Shown here: piece after piece, positions 26,447 to 36,628 of the stretch
How positions within the stretch are numbered: the stretch's first letter is position 1
Layout of the letters: every line of letters begins with the position of its first letter
Source of the DNA: Candidatus Magasanikiibacteriota bacterium
Lineage (GTDB): Bacteria; Patescibacteriota; Patescibacteriia; Magasanikbacterales; UBA922
Length of the DNA: 64,000 nucleotides
NCBI GenBank assembly: GCA_052034405.1
Contig: JBPOIO010000020.1
Location: 9,699-73,698 of the forward strand
Direction of reading: 5' to 3'
Position numbers and translations under genes: made by a program
Notes under the pieces: model-generated
Told to the model about the DNA's origin: nothing
The model's database searches: none
The model's input: only the letters and a program-made list of their open reading frames with translations

Positions 26447-27451
26447 ATGAAAGTATTAGTAACTGGTGGCGCAGGTTTTATCGCCTCAAATTTTATCCGT
26501 TATTGGCTTACCACACATCCCGAGGATTTTGTGGTCAATTTTGATACCTTGACCTATGCGGGGAATTTGGAAAATTTGAAAGATTGTGAAACAAATCCAA
26601 AATATAGTTTTATCAAGGGTGATATTTGTGATCGCGAAGTTGTATTTGATGCGGTAAAAAATGTTGATACGGTGGTACACTTTGCTGCAGAAACACATGT
26701 GGATAGATCTATTTTGGATCCAGGTATTTTTGTGCGCAGCAATATTATGGGGACACAGACAGTGCTTGATGCTGTAAAAGAATACGGGAAAAGATTTCAT
26801 CATATTTCTACAGATGAAGTTTTTGGTGCTTTAACTCCAAATGATCCACCTTTCAATGAAAAAACTCCTTATGATCCAAAAAGTCCCTATGCTGCATCAA
26901 AAGCAGCATCTGATCATTTGGTAAGGGCCTACATTCATACTTTTGGAATTCAAGCGACAATTTCCAATTGTTCCAACAACTACGGCCCCTATATGTTTCC
27001 AGAAAAGATGATGCCACTATTTATTGCGAACTTGATGGAAGATAAAAAAGTCCCAGTATATGGTGATGGTATGCAAGTACGCGATTGGATTTTTGTAAGC
27101 GATCACGCAAGGGGAGTTGACGCTATTTTGCAGCATGGTAAAATTGGTGAAACCTATTGTCTTGGTGGAAATAGTGAAGTTCCAAATATTGTAATTGTAA
27201 AAAAGCTATTGGAGCTACTCGGAAAAGATGAATCGTATATTGAATATATCAAAGATCGTCCAGGACATGATCGCAGATACGCTATTGATTTTCGTAAAGC
27301 CAAAAGTGAACTGAATTGGGAACCTATCGTAAAACTAGATGATGGTTTGAAAATAATGGTGAATTGGTATAAGGATAATCAAAAATGGGTAGAGGATTGT
27401 CGTAGTGGTGCCTATCAAGAATATTATGATACTTGGTATAATAAAAGATAA
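26447..27451 (+). CDS. rfbB: dTDP-glucose 4,6-dehydratase
   Basis: MKVLVTGGAGFIASNF Rossmann fold; YAASKAASDH catalytic YxxxK. An upstream in-frame TTG at 26432 overlaps the HIT stop. Confidence 0.85.
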   Translation: MKVLVTGGAGFIASNFIRYWLTTHPEDFVVNFDTLTYAGNLENLKDCETNPKYSFIKGDICDREVVFDAVKNVDTVVHFAAETHVDRSILDPGIFVRSNIMGTQTVLDAVKEYGKRFHHISTDEVFGALTPNDPPFNEKTPYDPKSPYAASKAASDHLVRAYIHTFGIQATISNCSNNYGPYMFPEKMMPLFIANLMEDKKVPVYGDGMQVRDWIFVSDHARGVDAILQHGKIGETYCLGGNSEVPNIVIVKKLLELLGKDESYIEYIKDRPGHDRRYAIDFRKAKSELNWEPIVKLDDGLKIMVNWYKDNQKWVEDCRSGAYQEYYDTWYNKR

Positions 27452-27460
27452 TTTATTTTT

Positions 27461-28333
27461 ATGAAAATACTTATTATTGGTGGGGGATATGTGGGAGAAC
27501 GCTGTGCTGCTGCATGGTCAGATGCTGTTCTTTCGACAAGTCGAGTGACGTCAAAAGAAGATGTTTTAAAGTTACTCGATGAACACAAACCCGATGCAGT
27601 GCTCAATGCTGCTGGAGTTCGTGGTAAACCAAATGTAGACTGGTGCGAAACGCATCAAATGGAAACCATTGTTGGTAATACCAAACTTCCTATTACTATT
27701 GCCGAGGCTTGCCAAGAAAAAGGCATCTACCTTTTGCATATTGGGTCTGGTTGTATTTTTTATGGAGATTCACCTCATGAAGACAAAAAATGGCGTGAAA
27801 GCGATTTGGGAAATCCAAGTGAAGTGACCTATTCTCGTACAAAATGGGCGGCAGATTTGGTATTATCTACACTTCCAAATACCGGCATTGCGCGTATTCG
27901 TATGCCAATTGACTATATTCCTTCTCCACAAAACATGATTGACAAACTTGCAACCTATCCAAAGGTTATTGATGTAGAAAATAGTGTGACGATTGTTGAC
28001 GATATGGTTGCAGTATTTCGTGCGCTTATGGAAAAAAAGGCGCCTGGGATTTTTCATGTGACAAATCCGGGGACTCTCAAACATCGAGAAATTGTTGCTT
28101 TGTATGAAGAAATGGTAGATCCAAATCACAAAAATGAATGGATTAGCAATGAGGCTCTTGTACAGCAGGGTCTTGCCACAAAAGGACGTTCCAATAATTT
28201 TCTTGCTTCAGAAAATCTTGCAAAATTTGGTATTGAAATGCGCGAAGTGCATGTTGCTATGCGAGATACTATGGAAAAATATACAAAAATGAAATTGGAA
28301 GGTAAAAAAAGTGATGAAATTTTATCTTGTTAA
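27461..28333 (+). CDS. NAD(P)-dependent sugar nucleotide reductase, RmlD-like (dTDP-4-dehydrorhamnose reductase family)
   Basis: MKILIIGGGYVG, VLNAAGVRGKPNVDWCETHQ, and position next to rfbB. Confidence 0.5.
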   Translation: MKILIIGGGYVGERCAAAWSDAVLSTSRVTSKEDVLKLLDEHKPDAVLNAAGVRGKPNVDWCETHQMETIVGNTKLPITIAEACQEKGIYLLHIGSGCIFYGDSPHEDKKWRESDLGNPSEVTYSRTKWAADLVLSTLPNTGIARIRMPIDYIPSPQNMIDKLATYPKVIDVENSVTIVDDMVAVFRALMEKKAPGIFHVTNPGTLKHREIVALYEEMVDPNHKNEWISNEALVQQGLATKGRSNNFLASENLAKFGIEMREVHVAMRDTMEKYTKMKLEGKKSDEILSC

Positions 28334-28336
28334 TAT

Positions 28337-29113
28337 ATGATAGTCTTGTGCTCTACCGTACATAGTCCAGAAGCTGGACTCAAGTGGTTATCAGATATTC
28401 ACCTTGAAACACTCAAAGATATTTTTGATGATATTATTGTGGTTGCAAGTCCTTTGACAGACAAAAAATACTTGCAAGAACTCAAAAACTCTGGGATTGC
28501 TGTAGAACAAAGAAAAAATAATAATATTGCAAAAACATATTATCGTGCTATTGAACTTGGATCCAAAACAAATGCAGATTATATTTTTTATTGTGATTTT
28601 GATCGTATTTTACACTGGGTGCATACCTATAAAAAAGAACTGCAAACTTTTGTGAAAACTTTACAAAAAGAATCTTTGAAAAAAAAATCAGTTCTTGAAT
28701 ATATTATTTGTGAACGAACAAAAGAAGGCTATGCTAAACATCACGAAGCATTATTTGAAACCGAACAAATTGCGAGTCGGGTGATAAATCACTTTTTGGA
28801 AGAAAAAAAATCGCATGATTATTTTGGTGGTTCTTTTATTTTTTCTGCAAAGGCCTTTAAAATAATTTTGGCAAAAGGAAAAAACGTAAATGGTCAGGAA
28901 CATTGGGGCTATTGGCCTGTGCTTTTGAAAAAAAATAAAATAAAGGTAAGTTATAAAATGTGCAAGGGACTTGAGTGGGAAACCCCGGATCAGTATAGAA
29001 AAGCAGTGGAAGCTGCAGGTGGACTAGAAAAATGGCGAGAGCAGCTCTCTTCCAAAGAAGAATGGAAGCGCCGTACTCTTTGGGCCAGGGAATTTGTTGG
29101 AAAGTTGCTATAA
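28337..29113 (+). CDS. Hypothetical protein in the sugar cluster
   Basis: 258-aa ORF with no recognisable motif, followed by a terminator hairpin at 29126-29158. Confidence 0.4.
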   Translation: MIVLCSTVHSPEAGLKWLSDIHLETLKDIFDDIIVVASPLTDKKYLQELKNSGIAVEQRKNNNIAKTYYRAIELGSKTNADYIFYCDFDRILHWVHTYKKELQTFVKTLQKESLKKKSVLEYIICERTKEGYAKHHEALFETEQIASRVINHFLEEKKSHDYFGGSFIFSAKAFKIILAKGKNVNGQEHWGYWPVLLKKNKIKVSYKMCKGLEWETPDQYRKAVEAAGGLEKWREQLSSKEEWKRRTLWAREFVGKLL

Positions 29114-29173
29114 ATTTTGCTTGAGAAGGGCAGCCTCAGTGAGGGGCTGCTTTTTTGTATTTGGGTTTTAGTC

Positions 29174-29203
29174 TTGACAAAAACAGCTATTTTATGCTAT
29201 ATT
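29174..29203 (+). promoter_or_regulatory. Sigma70-like promoter TTGACA-18-TATATT
   Basis: AT-rich native-looking promoter immediately 5' of the GC-rich leader of the 29290 gene. Confidence 0.45.
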
Positions 29204-29289
29204 TACTTACTTTGCCTCATCCGAGGCCGAGGAGGTTTGCCCCCACCGAGTGGAAGAGGGGTTTACAAAGACAGGAAGGAGCTTCCATA

Positions 29290-29907
29290 ATGGAGCCCAA
29301 GCCCCAGAGCTGGCAGGAGTGGCTGGTGTTCCGCCAAGCTGCTTCGATGATGACTGTGGCTCGCATCCCGCTCACGGAGGTCCGTGGGTGGGGGATGCAG
29401 CAGGCGGGTGACTTCGCTCGTCCCGATGGGAAATTTTGGGCTCTCAAGGGAGTCCAGGTTTCTCTCGCGGGGCGAGAGGTATCGACCTGGGACCAGCCCC
29501 TCATCGAGGAGTATGGTCAGGGGGTCGTGGTGCTGGTCATTGACCCGACGCAGGATCGCTTCCTGCTTCGGGCAAAGGCCGAGCCCGGCAACGCGGCACT
29601 GGGTTGTGTGGCGCTTGCGCCCACGATTCAGTGCAGTCAGTCGAACCTCACCCAGGTCCACGGCGGCAAGCGGCCGCCGCGGGTCGAGCTCCTCGATGGG
29701 AAGGAGATCGACTGGATCCGCATCCTCCAGGATGGGGGGAAGTTCTACTGCAAGTTGAACATCTATCACATCCTCTACCTTTCCCACGAAGAGGTGGGCG
29801 TGCTCAGCGTGGATGAACGTTGGTTCACGCGCCGGGAGATCCAAGAGGCCTTTCTCGCGGGGGTGGTGAACAGCCACCTCGCCGAGGTCCTTGGCCTGCT
29901 CATCTGA
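29290..29907 (+). CDS. NDP-hexose 2,3-dehydratase-like single-domain protein (GC-rich foreign gene)
   Basis: GC ~62%. AGGAAGGAG Shine-Dalgarno. Motifs REVSTWDQPL, KAEPGN, PTIQCSQSN..HGG resemble the EvaA/TylX3 2,3-dehydratase fold, which acts on dTDP-4-keto-6-deoxyglucose. The ORF-track start at 29155 is upstream and unlikely. Confidence 0.45.
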   Translation: MEPKPQSWQEWLVFRQAASMMTVARIPLTEVRGWGMQQAGDFARPDGKFWALKGVQVSLAGREVSTWDQPLIEEYGQGVVVLVIDPTQDRFLLRAKAEPGNAALGCVALAPTIQCSQSNLTQVHGGKRPPRVELLDGKEIDWIRILQDGGKFYCKLNIYHILYLSHEEVGVLSVDERWFTRREIQEAFLAGVVNSHLAEVLGLLI

Positions 29908-30119
29908 GCAGCCTAGGACGGCTCTCGAAATAGCGCAGTTCTATGCGTGCCCCTGACAATTTTGTCGGGGAAGAGGGCTTCAAGATAGCCCTAGAGAGGC
30001 CCGGAGTGATCCTTGGGAGGGAATCACAAGAATTCGGGCATGCAAAAAGCAGCTTTGTACAAAGGCTGTTTTTTTATTGCTTTTTTTTTGCTTTTTCGCT
30101 ATGATAGCTTCATATTTCT

Positions 30120-31001
30120 ATGAATGAAAACCCAAAAGTACAATTGACGCTTATTACGGTGACCTGGAGTTCTGCTGCTCTTATTGAAGAACAGATTCTT
30201 TCTGTACAAAAAGCCTGCAAAAATATTCGCTATGAGCAGATCATTGTGGACAATGCTTCTCCAGACAATACGGTGGCACTTATCCGAGAAAAGCATCCAG
30301 AAGTTACTCTTATTGCCAATAGCGAAAACAAAGGTTTTGCTGCTGCCAATAACCAGGGGCTTGCTGTAGCAGAGGGTGAATTTTTGCTTTTTCTCAATCC
30401 GGACATGCGCTTGATGCCGGAGAGTCTTGATCTCATGTATGCTTGGATGAAAGAACATGTGGATGTGGGTATTGCAAGTGTGAAACTTGTTGATGAAAAA
30501 GGGGACTTGAATCAAGATGCCTTACCAAGACGTTTTCCTCGTCTTTATGAACAACTCGCATTGCTTCTCAAGTTACCACATGTTTTTCCACAAATATTAA
30601 ATGGATATTTGCTCAAAGGTTTTGATGCCAATGTGGAGCAAGAAGTTGATACGGTTCGTGGATCTTTTATGTGTATGCGTCCCGAGATGCTGAGCAAACT
30701 TGGCTGGGCCTTTGATCCTCGATATTATATTTGGTACGAAGATGTAGATATTTGCCGCGAAGCCAAACGACTTGGATACAAAGTGATGCACACACCTATT
30801 ATTTCTGCTGTTGATTATATTGGTCAGAGTTTCAAAAAACGTGATACCCTGTGGAAGCAAAAAAACTTTACAAAAAGTATGCTGACCTATTACAAAAAGT
30901 GGGAACCTTGCTATAAATGGATTTGGATTGCTGTATTTCGGCATTTTGGAATATTTCTCGCTTGGCTTGCTGATTTTGTTCACAAAAAATTGAAGAAATA
31001 A
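30120..31001 (+). CDS. Family 2 glycosyltransferase
   Basis: GT-A fold: VDNASPDNT...ENKGFAAANNQG...NPDMRL (DxD-like). Confidence 0.8.
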   Translation: MNENPKVQLTLITVTWSSAALIEEQILSVQKACKNIRYEQIIVDNASPDNTVALIREKHPEVTLIANSENKGFAAANNQGLAVAEGEFLLFLNPDMRLMPESLDLMYAWMKEHVDVGIASVKLVDEKGDLNQDALPRRFPRLYEQLALLLKLPHVFPQILNGYLLKGFDANVEQEVDTVRGSFMCMRPEMLSKLGWAFDPRYYIWYEDVDICREAKRLGYKVMHTPIISAVDYIGQSFKKRDTLWKQKNFTKSMLTYYKKWEPCYKWIWIAVFRHFGIFLAWLADFVHKKLKK

Positions 31002-31006
31002 AAAAT

Positions 31007-32056
31007 ATGTTGAAATTGACGGTTCATTTGGTTACTTGGAATGGGGCAAAATACGTACCCTATCTTTTTGAATCTTTGAAAAAACAAAGTTTCAAAGATT
31101 GGAAACTCTTGATTTGGGACAATGCCTCGAGTGATGGAATGGTCGAAGCCATGAAAAAAGAATTGCTCGATTTTCCAGTACCTTATGAAGTGATTGAAAA
31201 TACAGAAAACATTGGTTTTGCAGGAGGTCATAATGTTTTGTTTCAAAAAACTGATGCAGAGTATTTTGTATGTCTGAATCAAGATATGTACCTTGAAAGT
31301 GATACTCTTTTGAAACTGGTACAATTTTTGGATGCACATTCTGATGTAGCGGTTGTTTCTCCACGACTCATGAAATGGAATTTTTCACTTCTTTTGGATG
31401 AAAAAAACGCGCATGATGCGGTTTATAGTGATGAAGTGGATAGCTTGGGGCTCAAAGTTTTTCGATCTCGCAGAGTGATAGAACAGTACGGACAGGAAAA
31501 GTGGCAAGATCTCAAAAAAATATTTCCTTCTCATTTTTTGGAGGTGTTTGGTGTTTCGGGGGCCTTTCCTTTGTTTCGTCGCTCAAGTATTTCACAAATC
31601 ACTTTTAAAGATAATAGTTTTTTTGATGCTTCGTATCATTCTTATAAAGAAGATGTGGATTTGGCATATCGTTTGCGTTCAGCTGGCTTCAAGGCCTTTG
31701 TGCATCTTGATGCCGTGGTCTATCACGATCGTTCAGCTGCTGGTCCAAAAGAAGAATCAGACGTCGCAGCACTTCAAAATAAAAAAACTCAATCGAGTTG
31801 GGTGAAATATCATAGCTATAAAAATCATTTGATGACTTTGTATAAAAATGAATATTGGCAAAATTTTATTCTTGATTTTCCATATATTGTATGGTATGAA
31901 TTCAAGAAGTTTGTATACTTTCTTTTGAGGGAAAGAAAAATTCTTGGGGGACTTCAAGAAATATATACTATGCGTCGTGAGTTGAAACAAAAGAAAAATT
32001 TGATTTCTTCAAAAAGAAAAATATCAGCAAAAGAAATAAGAATTTGGTGGATATGA
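31007..32056 (+). CDS. Family 2 glycosyltransferase
   Basis: WDNASSDG...ENIGFAGGHN...NQDMYL. Confidence 0.8.
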   Translation: MLKLTVHLVTWNGAKYVPYLFESLKKQSFKDWKLLIWDNASSDGMVEAMKKELLDFPVPYEVIENTENIGFAGGHNVLFQKTDAEYFVCLNQDMYLESDTLLKLVQFLDAHSDVAVVSPRLMKWNFSLLLDEKNAHDAVYSDEVDSLGLKVFRSRRVIEQYGQEKWQDLKKIFPSHFLEVFGVSGAFPLFRRSSISQITFKDNSFFDASYHSYKEDVDLAYRLRSAGFKAFVHLDAVVYHDRSAAGPKEESDVAALQNKKTQSSWVKYHSYKNHLMTLYKNEYWQNFILDFPYIVWYEFKKFVYFLLRERKILGGLQEIYTMRRELKQKKNLISSKRKISAKEIRIWWI

Positions 32057-32898
32057 AAGATATAAATATTGTATTTGTAAATTATCTCTGCAAAGACGAC
32101 ATCATGCAAGCTGTGGATTCTGTGCTTTGTGATATCCAAAATTGTCCCTATAGTGTGCAAATAACAGTGGTGGATAATTCAGAAAACAAAGATAGTATAA
32201 AGGAGTCTCTCACTGAAAAATTTCTACAGGTGGTATATGTTGACGCTGGTGGAAATGTAGGATTTGGAAAAGGAAATACCCTTGGGTTTAAAGCGGGTCA
32301 AGCGAAGTATTATTTTGCATTAAACCGTGATACGGTGATTCAAGAAAATTCGCATACCATTGAACGGCTTATTCAGTTTATGGAGGCTCATCCAAAAATT
32401 GGTTGTATTGGTCCAAAGTTATTAAATATGGATCAAACCTTGCAATATTCTTGTTATCGTTTTGATTTGCCTTCTATTCTTATCAAACCTTTGAAACAAA
32501 TGAATTTTGATAAAAAATATAAGTGGGTGAAACAAAGAACAGATCATCTGTTGATGGCGGATTTTGATCACAATTCGGATAGACCAGTAGATTGGGTCCT
32601 GGGTGCTGCTATGATGGTTCGAGGTGTTGTAGCCGAGCAGTTGGGTTGGTTTGACGAAAGATATTTTATGTATCTAGAAGATGCTGATTGGTGTCATAGA
32701 ATGTGGGAAGCGGGTTGGCCAGTTTATTATGTCCATGATATAGTAATACTGCATCGCTATGCGCGTGATTCGGCAAAAGTTCCTGGAATTTTCAAGGCTT
32801 TATTTAAAAATAAACTTGCACGGATTCATCTGGTAAGTTGGATAAAGTATCTGTGGAAATGGCGCCATCAAAATCGTTATTATAAAACTATTTCTTAA
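32053..32898 (+). CDS. Family 2 glycosyltransferase
   Basis: VVDNSENKD...GGNVGFGKGN...NRDTVI. ATG at 32053 overlaps the upstream stop (ATGA). Confidence 0.75.
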   Translation: MKDINIVFVNYLCKDDIMQAVDSVLCDIQNCPYSVQITVVDNSENKDSIKESLTEKFLQVVYVDAGGNVGFGKGNTLGFKAGQAKYYFALNRDTVIQENSHTIERLIQFMEAHPKIGCIGPKLLNMDQTLQYSCYRFDLPSILIKPLKQMNFDKKYKWVKQRTDHLLMADFDHNSDRPVDWVLGAAMMVRGVVAEQLGWFDERYFMYLEDADWCHRMWEAGWPVYYVHDIVILHRYARDSAKVPGIFKALFKNKLARIHLVSWIKYLWKWRHQNRYYKTIS

Positions 32899-32906
32899 TT
32901 TGAGCT

Positions 32907-34007
32907 ATGGAACACTACCCTAAAATAGCTATCGTATATCTGTCATTTCATTGTGAGCCATATATGGATGATATTTTGTCATCCCTCAAAAAATTGACCT
33001 ATCCAAAAGATAAAGTGGAATTTATTATTGTAGATAACCCACATCCACAGCATGGACCTTCTGTAGCCTATATTCAGGATACTGTAATGCCACTTTCTGG
33101 AAAAGAAATTCCTCATGTAACACTGCTCCCTCAAAAAACAAATTTGGGTTTTGCTGGAGGAAATAATGCGGGTGTTGATTGGGCTTTGAAAGAAGGTTTT
33201 GATTATGTTTATTTTCATAACAATGATGGTTTCATGGCTGCGAACTGTCTTGAACCTATTGTTGAAGTCATGGAAAAAGATAAAAGTATTGGAGCAGCAC
33301 AGTCTTTGATGCTCTTACATCCAGAAACAGATCTTATTAACAGTACTGGAAATTCTTTTCAATATTTAGGATTTGGTTTTTGTAATCAATACCGATTTAA
33401 AATAAAAGATGTTGTGCTTCCTCCTGTGAAAGAAATCGCCTATGCCAGTGGTGCTGCTCTTATGGTTTCTGTTGAAAACATTCGAAAATACGGTTCTTGG
33501 GATAATGACTTTTTTCTGTATCACGAAGATTTGGAGTGGAGCATGCGTCTTCGTATGGCTGGGTACAAGGTAGTACTCGTGAGTGATTCGGTGTTTTATC
33601 ACAAATATCAATTTGCAAGAAGTATTACAAAATTTTATTGGATGGAACGCAATCGCTATGGTACCATGCTCATGTTTTTTCGTTGGCCAACGCTTCTTTT
33701 GCTTGCTCCAATGGGGTTGGCGCTTGAATTTGGTCTGATTCTTTTTGCCATCAAGGGTGGTTGGTTTCAAGAACGAATGAAAGTATATAAATATTGGTTA
33801 AAATTGGAAAATTGGAAATTGTGGCTTGGTAAACGTAAAAAAACACAGGCATTACGTACTGTGAGTGATCGTCACTTGATGAATTATGCTGTTTCTGGTA
33901 TATATTTTCAGGATAAATCAACGGATAATCCAATTGTCAATTATATTGGAAATCCTATTATGAAAATATATTATTGGATTGTCGTAAAAGGACTGATTTG
34001 GTGGTAA
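32907..34007 (+). CDS. Family 2 glycosyltransferase with a C-terminal membrane segment
   Basis: IVDNPHP...TNLGFAGGNNAG...HNNDGFM. Confidence 0.8.
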   Translation: MEHYPKIAIVYLSFHCEPYMDDILSSLKKLTYPKDKVEFIIVDNPHPQHGPSVAYIQDTVMPLSGKEIPHVTLLPQKTNLGFAGGNNAGVDWALKEGFDYVYFHNNDGFMAANCLEPIVEVMEKDKSIGAAQSLMLLHPETDLINSTGNSFQYLGFGFCNQYRFKIKDVVLPPVKEIAYASGAALMVSVENIRKYGSWDNDFFLYHEDLEWSMRLRMAGYKVVLVSDSVFYHKYQFARSITKFYWMERNRYGTMLMFFRWPTLLLLAPMGLALEFGLILFAIKGGWFQERMKVYKYWLKLENWKLWLGKRKKTQALRTVSDRHLMNYAVSGIYFQDKSTDNPIVNYIGNPIMKIYYWIVVKGLIWW

Positions 34008-34019
34008 TACATTTATACT

Positions 34020-35111
34020 ATGAAAATACGAAAAGCAATTTTGACAGGTGGTGGACGTGCAACTCGTCTTCAACCAATTACAACAACCATCAACAAACAT
34101 CTTTTGCCTTTGGCAAATAAGCCAATGATTTTTCATGCTATTGATAAAGCGGTAGAAGCAGGGATTAAAGAAATTTTCATCAATGTAAATCCAGGCGATA
34201 CTGATCTTCAAAAGTATATTGGTGATGGTGGGCACTGGGGTATAAAAATACATTTTTTTGAACAAACGGGTGGTCCACAAGGTATTGCTCATGTAGTGAA
34301 CGAAGCAAAACAATTTATTGGGAGTGATCCCTTTATGTTCTATCTTTCAGATAATATTCTTCTTGGAAAGTTGAGTCAGCTCTTTGATGAATTTGAACAA
34401 GGGGATTATCACTGTATGCTGGCACTTTCAGAAGTAGCGGATCCAGAGCGTTTTGGTGTTCCTGTATTTAATGAAGCAAAAGAGTTGATAGATGTATTAG
34501 AAAAACCTTCAAAAGCTCCAAATAATTTTGCTGTAACGGGAATTTATCTTTATGGACCGAATGTGTTTTTTGATGCTTTTGATAACATTGAAAAAAGTGC
34601 TCGTGGAGAATATGAAATTTCAGATATTCACTCGTATTTTTTGAAACAAGGTTTGCGTGTAGGGTATAAAGAAATTACTGGTTGGTGGAAAGATACTGGA
34701 AAATCCGAAGATTTACTCTTGGCCAATAAACTTCTTCTCGATAATATGGAAATAAAAGAATTTCCAAACCATGGAACTGTGGCAGAAGGGGCAAAAATTT
34801 CTGGAAATGTACATGTAGGTATTGGTTCACAAATAAAAAGTACAACGACCATTCGTGGTCCTGTCATTATCGGTGAAAATTGTATATTAGAAAATTGTAT
34901 TATTGGGCCACATGTGACTGTTGGTCCTGGAACCGAAATTAGTGATGCCAGTATTGAAAATTCAATTATTCTTGATAACGCAACAATAAAAGTTCCGATG
35001 ATTATCACCGATAGTCTTATTGGAAAAAAAGTACAACTCATAAAACGAAAAGACGATACTATCCAAGGTCATAAAATGATTATTGGAGATAAAACTTTTT
35101 TTGAAATGTAA
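34020..35111 (+). CDS. Sugar-1-phosphate nucleotidyltransferase, long form (RmlA-like with a C-terminal left-handed beta-helix)
   Basis: AILTGGGRATRLQPITTTINKHLLPLANKPMI N-terminal NTP-transferase motif. Hexapeptide repeats in the C-terminal 110 aa. Confidence 0.7.
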   Translation: MKIRKAILTGGGRATRLQPITTTINKHLLPLANKPMIFHAIDKAVEAGIKEIFINVNPGDTDLQKYIGDGGHWGIKIHFFEQTGGPQGIAHVVNEAKQFIGSDPFMFYLSDNILLGKLSQLFDEFEQGDYHCMLALSEVADPERFGVPVFNEAKELIDVLEKPSKAPNNFAVTGIYLYGPNVFFDAFDNIEKSARGEYEISDIHSYFLKQGLRVGYKEITGWWKDTGKSEDLLLANKLLLDNMEIKEFPNHGTVAEGAKISGNVHVGIGSQIKSTTTIRGPVIIGENCILENCIIGPHVTVGPGTEISDASIENSIILDNATIKVPMIITDSLIGKKVQLIKRKDDTIQGHKMIIGDKTFFEM

Positions 35112-35116
35112 ATATT

Positions 35117-36616
35117 ATGGAGGGGAGACTACAAAAAATAATACACTCAAAAAGCAAAACGTTTCTCGCGTTTTGTTTTTGTTTTCTTTTGGGAATTGCC
35201 TCGCTCTCTTTTGTGAATCAAAAATTTTTTGAGAGAGAAATTTTTGCGCTGTTTCTTATTGCTTTATTTGCACTGGTAATTTTGTGGAAAAAACAACCCT
35301 TTCAATTTTTTATTTTAGCAGCAATATTTTTTCTTTTTGGAATGATGCGAGTCAATTGGGCTATTCCGGAGCATGATGCAAACTCGCTTTCTTTTTATAA
35401 TGATAAAAAACAAAGCATCAGTGGATTTATTGCGGGGGAGCCAGATATTCGTCAAGATGCCGTGCATTATATTGTAGAAGCAAAAAATATTCGTACAGGA
35501 GGGAGTTGGCAAGAGGTCAGTGGAAAAATTGCAGTCAAAATGCCGCTCTATCCTCGCTACAACTACGGACAAAACATTACCCTCGATTGCAACTTGAAAA
35601 CGCCCACTCCCATTGAAGATTTTCACTACGAAAAATACCTTGCGACTTATGGGGTATGGAGTGTTTGTGAGGCCCCGCATATTCAGCTGGAATCAGGCAC
35701 AAGTGGAAACCCAATTCTTCATGCACTTTTTGCATTCAAGTCAAAATGTGCAGAACATATCTCGCGGCTTTGGCACGAACCCTATGCGAGTTTTGTGGCA
35801 GGTGTACTCTATGGGTATCGCGGGGGACTTGGAACACTGAGTACCGATTTCAATCGTACGGGGGTCACGCATATTGTGGCAGTTTCAGGATTCAATATTA
35901 CAATTATTGCCTCAGTATTTGCGGCAACACTTTTGTATCTTCTCGTTCCTCGCAAAAAAGCCTTTTGGATTGTCAGTTTTGCAATACTTCTTTTTGTGCT
36001 TTTTACAGGGGCCAGTGGTTCTGCTGTGCGCGCGGCTGTGATGGCACTACTTGTCCTGATTTCGCGTCAACTGGGGCGAACTTCGCGTATGGATAATGTA
36101 CTCATATTCACCGTCGCACTCATGTCTTTTGCAAATCCATTTACACTGATTTGGGATGTTGGATTTCAACTTTCATTTCTTTCGACTTGCGGACTCGTGT
36201 ATCTTTCACCACATTTACAAAAATATTTTTCACGCGTTCCTACATTTTTGAACCTTCAGGAGTCGCTTAGCGCAACCCTTGCTGCTATGATTTTCACTCT
36301 TCCACTTATTTTATTTGAATTTGGTCGACTTTCTGTCGTAGCAGTTCTGGTAAATATTCTTGTTGTGCCTGTAGTATCTTTTATTATGGCATTTGGTTTT
36401 GCAACACTTTTTTCTTCATTTATTTTTTGGCCACTCGCAAAGATTCTTGCATTTATTAGCTATATACTTCTTGCCTACGTTGTAGTGGTGGTACGTTTTT
36501 TTAGTCAACTGCCTTGGGCTGCGCTGAGTCTGCCACTTCCTTGGTGGGGGATGCTTGGACTCTATGCCCTGTTGATATATTTTTTAAATTTGAGAAAAAC
36601 TTTAAAAAAAGTTTAG
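35117..36616 (+). CDS. comEC: ComEC/Rec2 DNA-uptake channel: DUF4131 plus competence domain
   Basis: TGVTHIVAVSGFNITIIASVF...GASGSAVRAAVMALLVLISRQLGR competence-domain signature. Polytopic. Confidence 0.75.
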   Translation: MEGRLQKIIHSKSKTFLAFCFCFLLGIASLSFVNQKFFEREIFALFLIALFALVILWKKQPFQFFILAAIFFLFGMMRVNWAIPEHDANSLSFYNDKKQSISGFIAGEPDIRQDAVHYIVEAKNIRTGGSWQEVSGKIAVKMPLYPRYNYGQNITLDCNLKTPTPIEDFHYEKYLATYGVWSVCEAPHIQLESGTSGNPILHALFAFKSKCAEHISRLWHEPYASFVAGVLYGYRGGLGTLSTDFNRTGVTHIVAVSGFNITIIASVFAATLLYLLVPRKKAFWIVSFAILLFVLFTGASGSAVRAAVMALLVLISRQLGRTSRMDNVLIFTVALMSFANPFTLIWDVGFQLSFLSTCGLVYLSPHLQKYFSRVPTFLNLQESLSATLAAMIFTLPLILFEFGRLSVVAVLVNILVVPVVSFIMAFGFATLFSSFIFWPLAKILAFISYILLAYVVVVVRFFSQLPWAALSLPLPWWGMLGLYALLIYFLNLRKTLKKV

Positions 36617-36628
36617 AAAAATTTGAGA

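Noticed and set aside
29217-29877. Antisense ORFs (95, 204, 124 aa) across the second GC-rich island
   Set aside because: Same GC-driven shadow-ORF effect. The + strand ORF has the SD, the promoter and a recognisable enzyme-like motif set.
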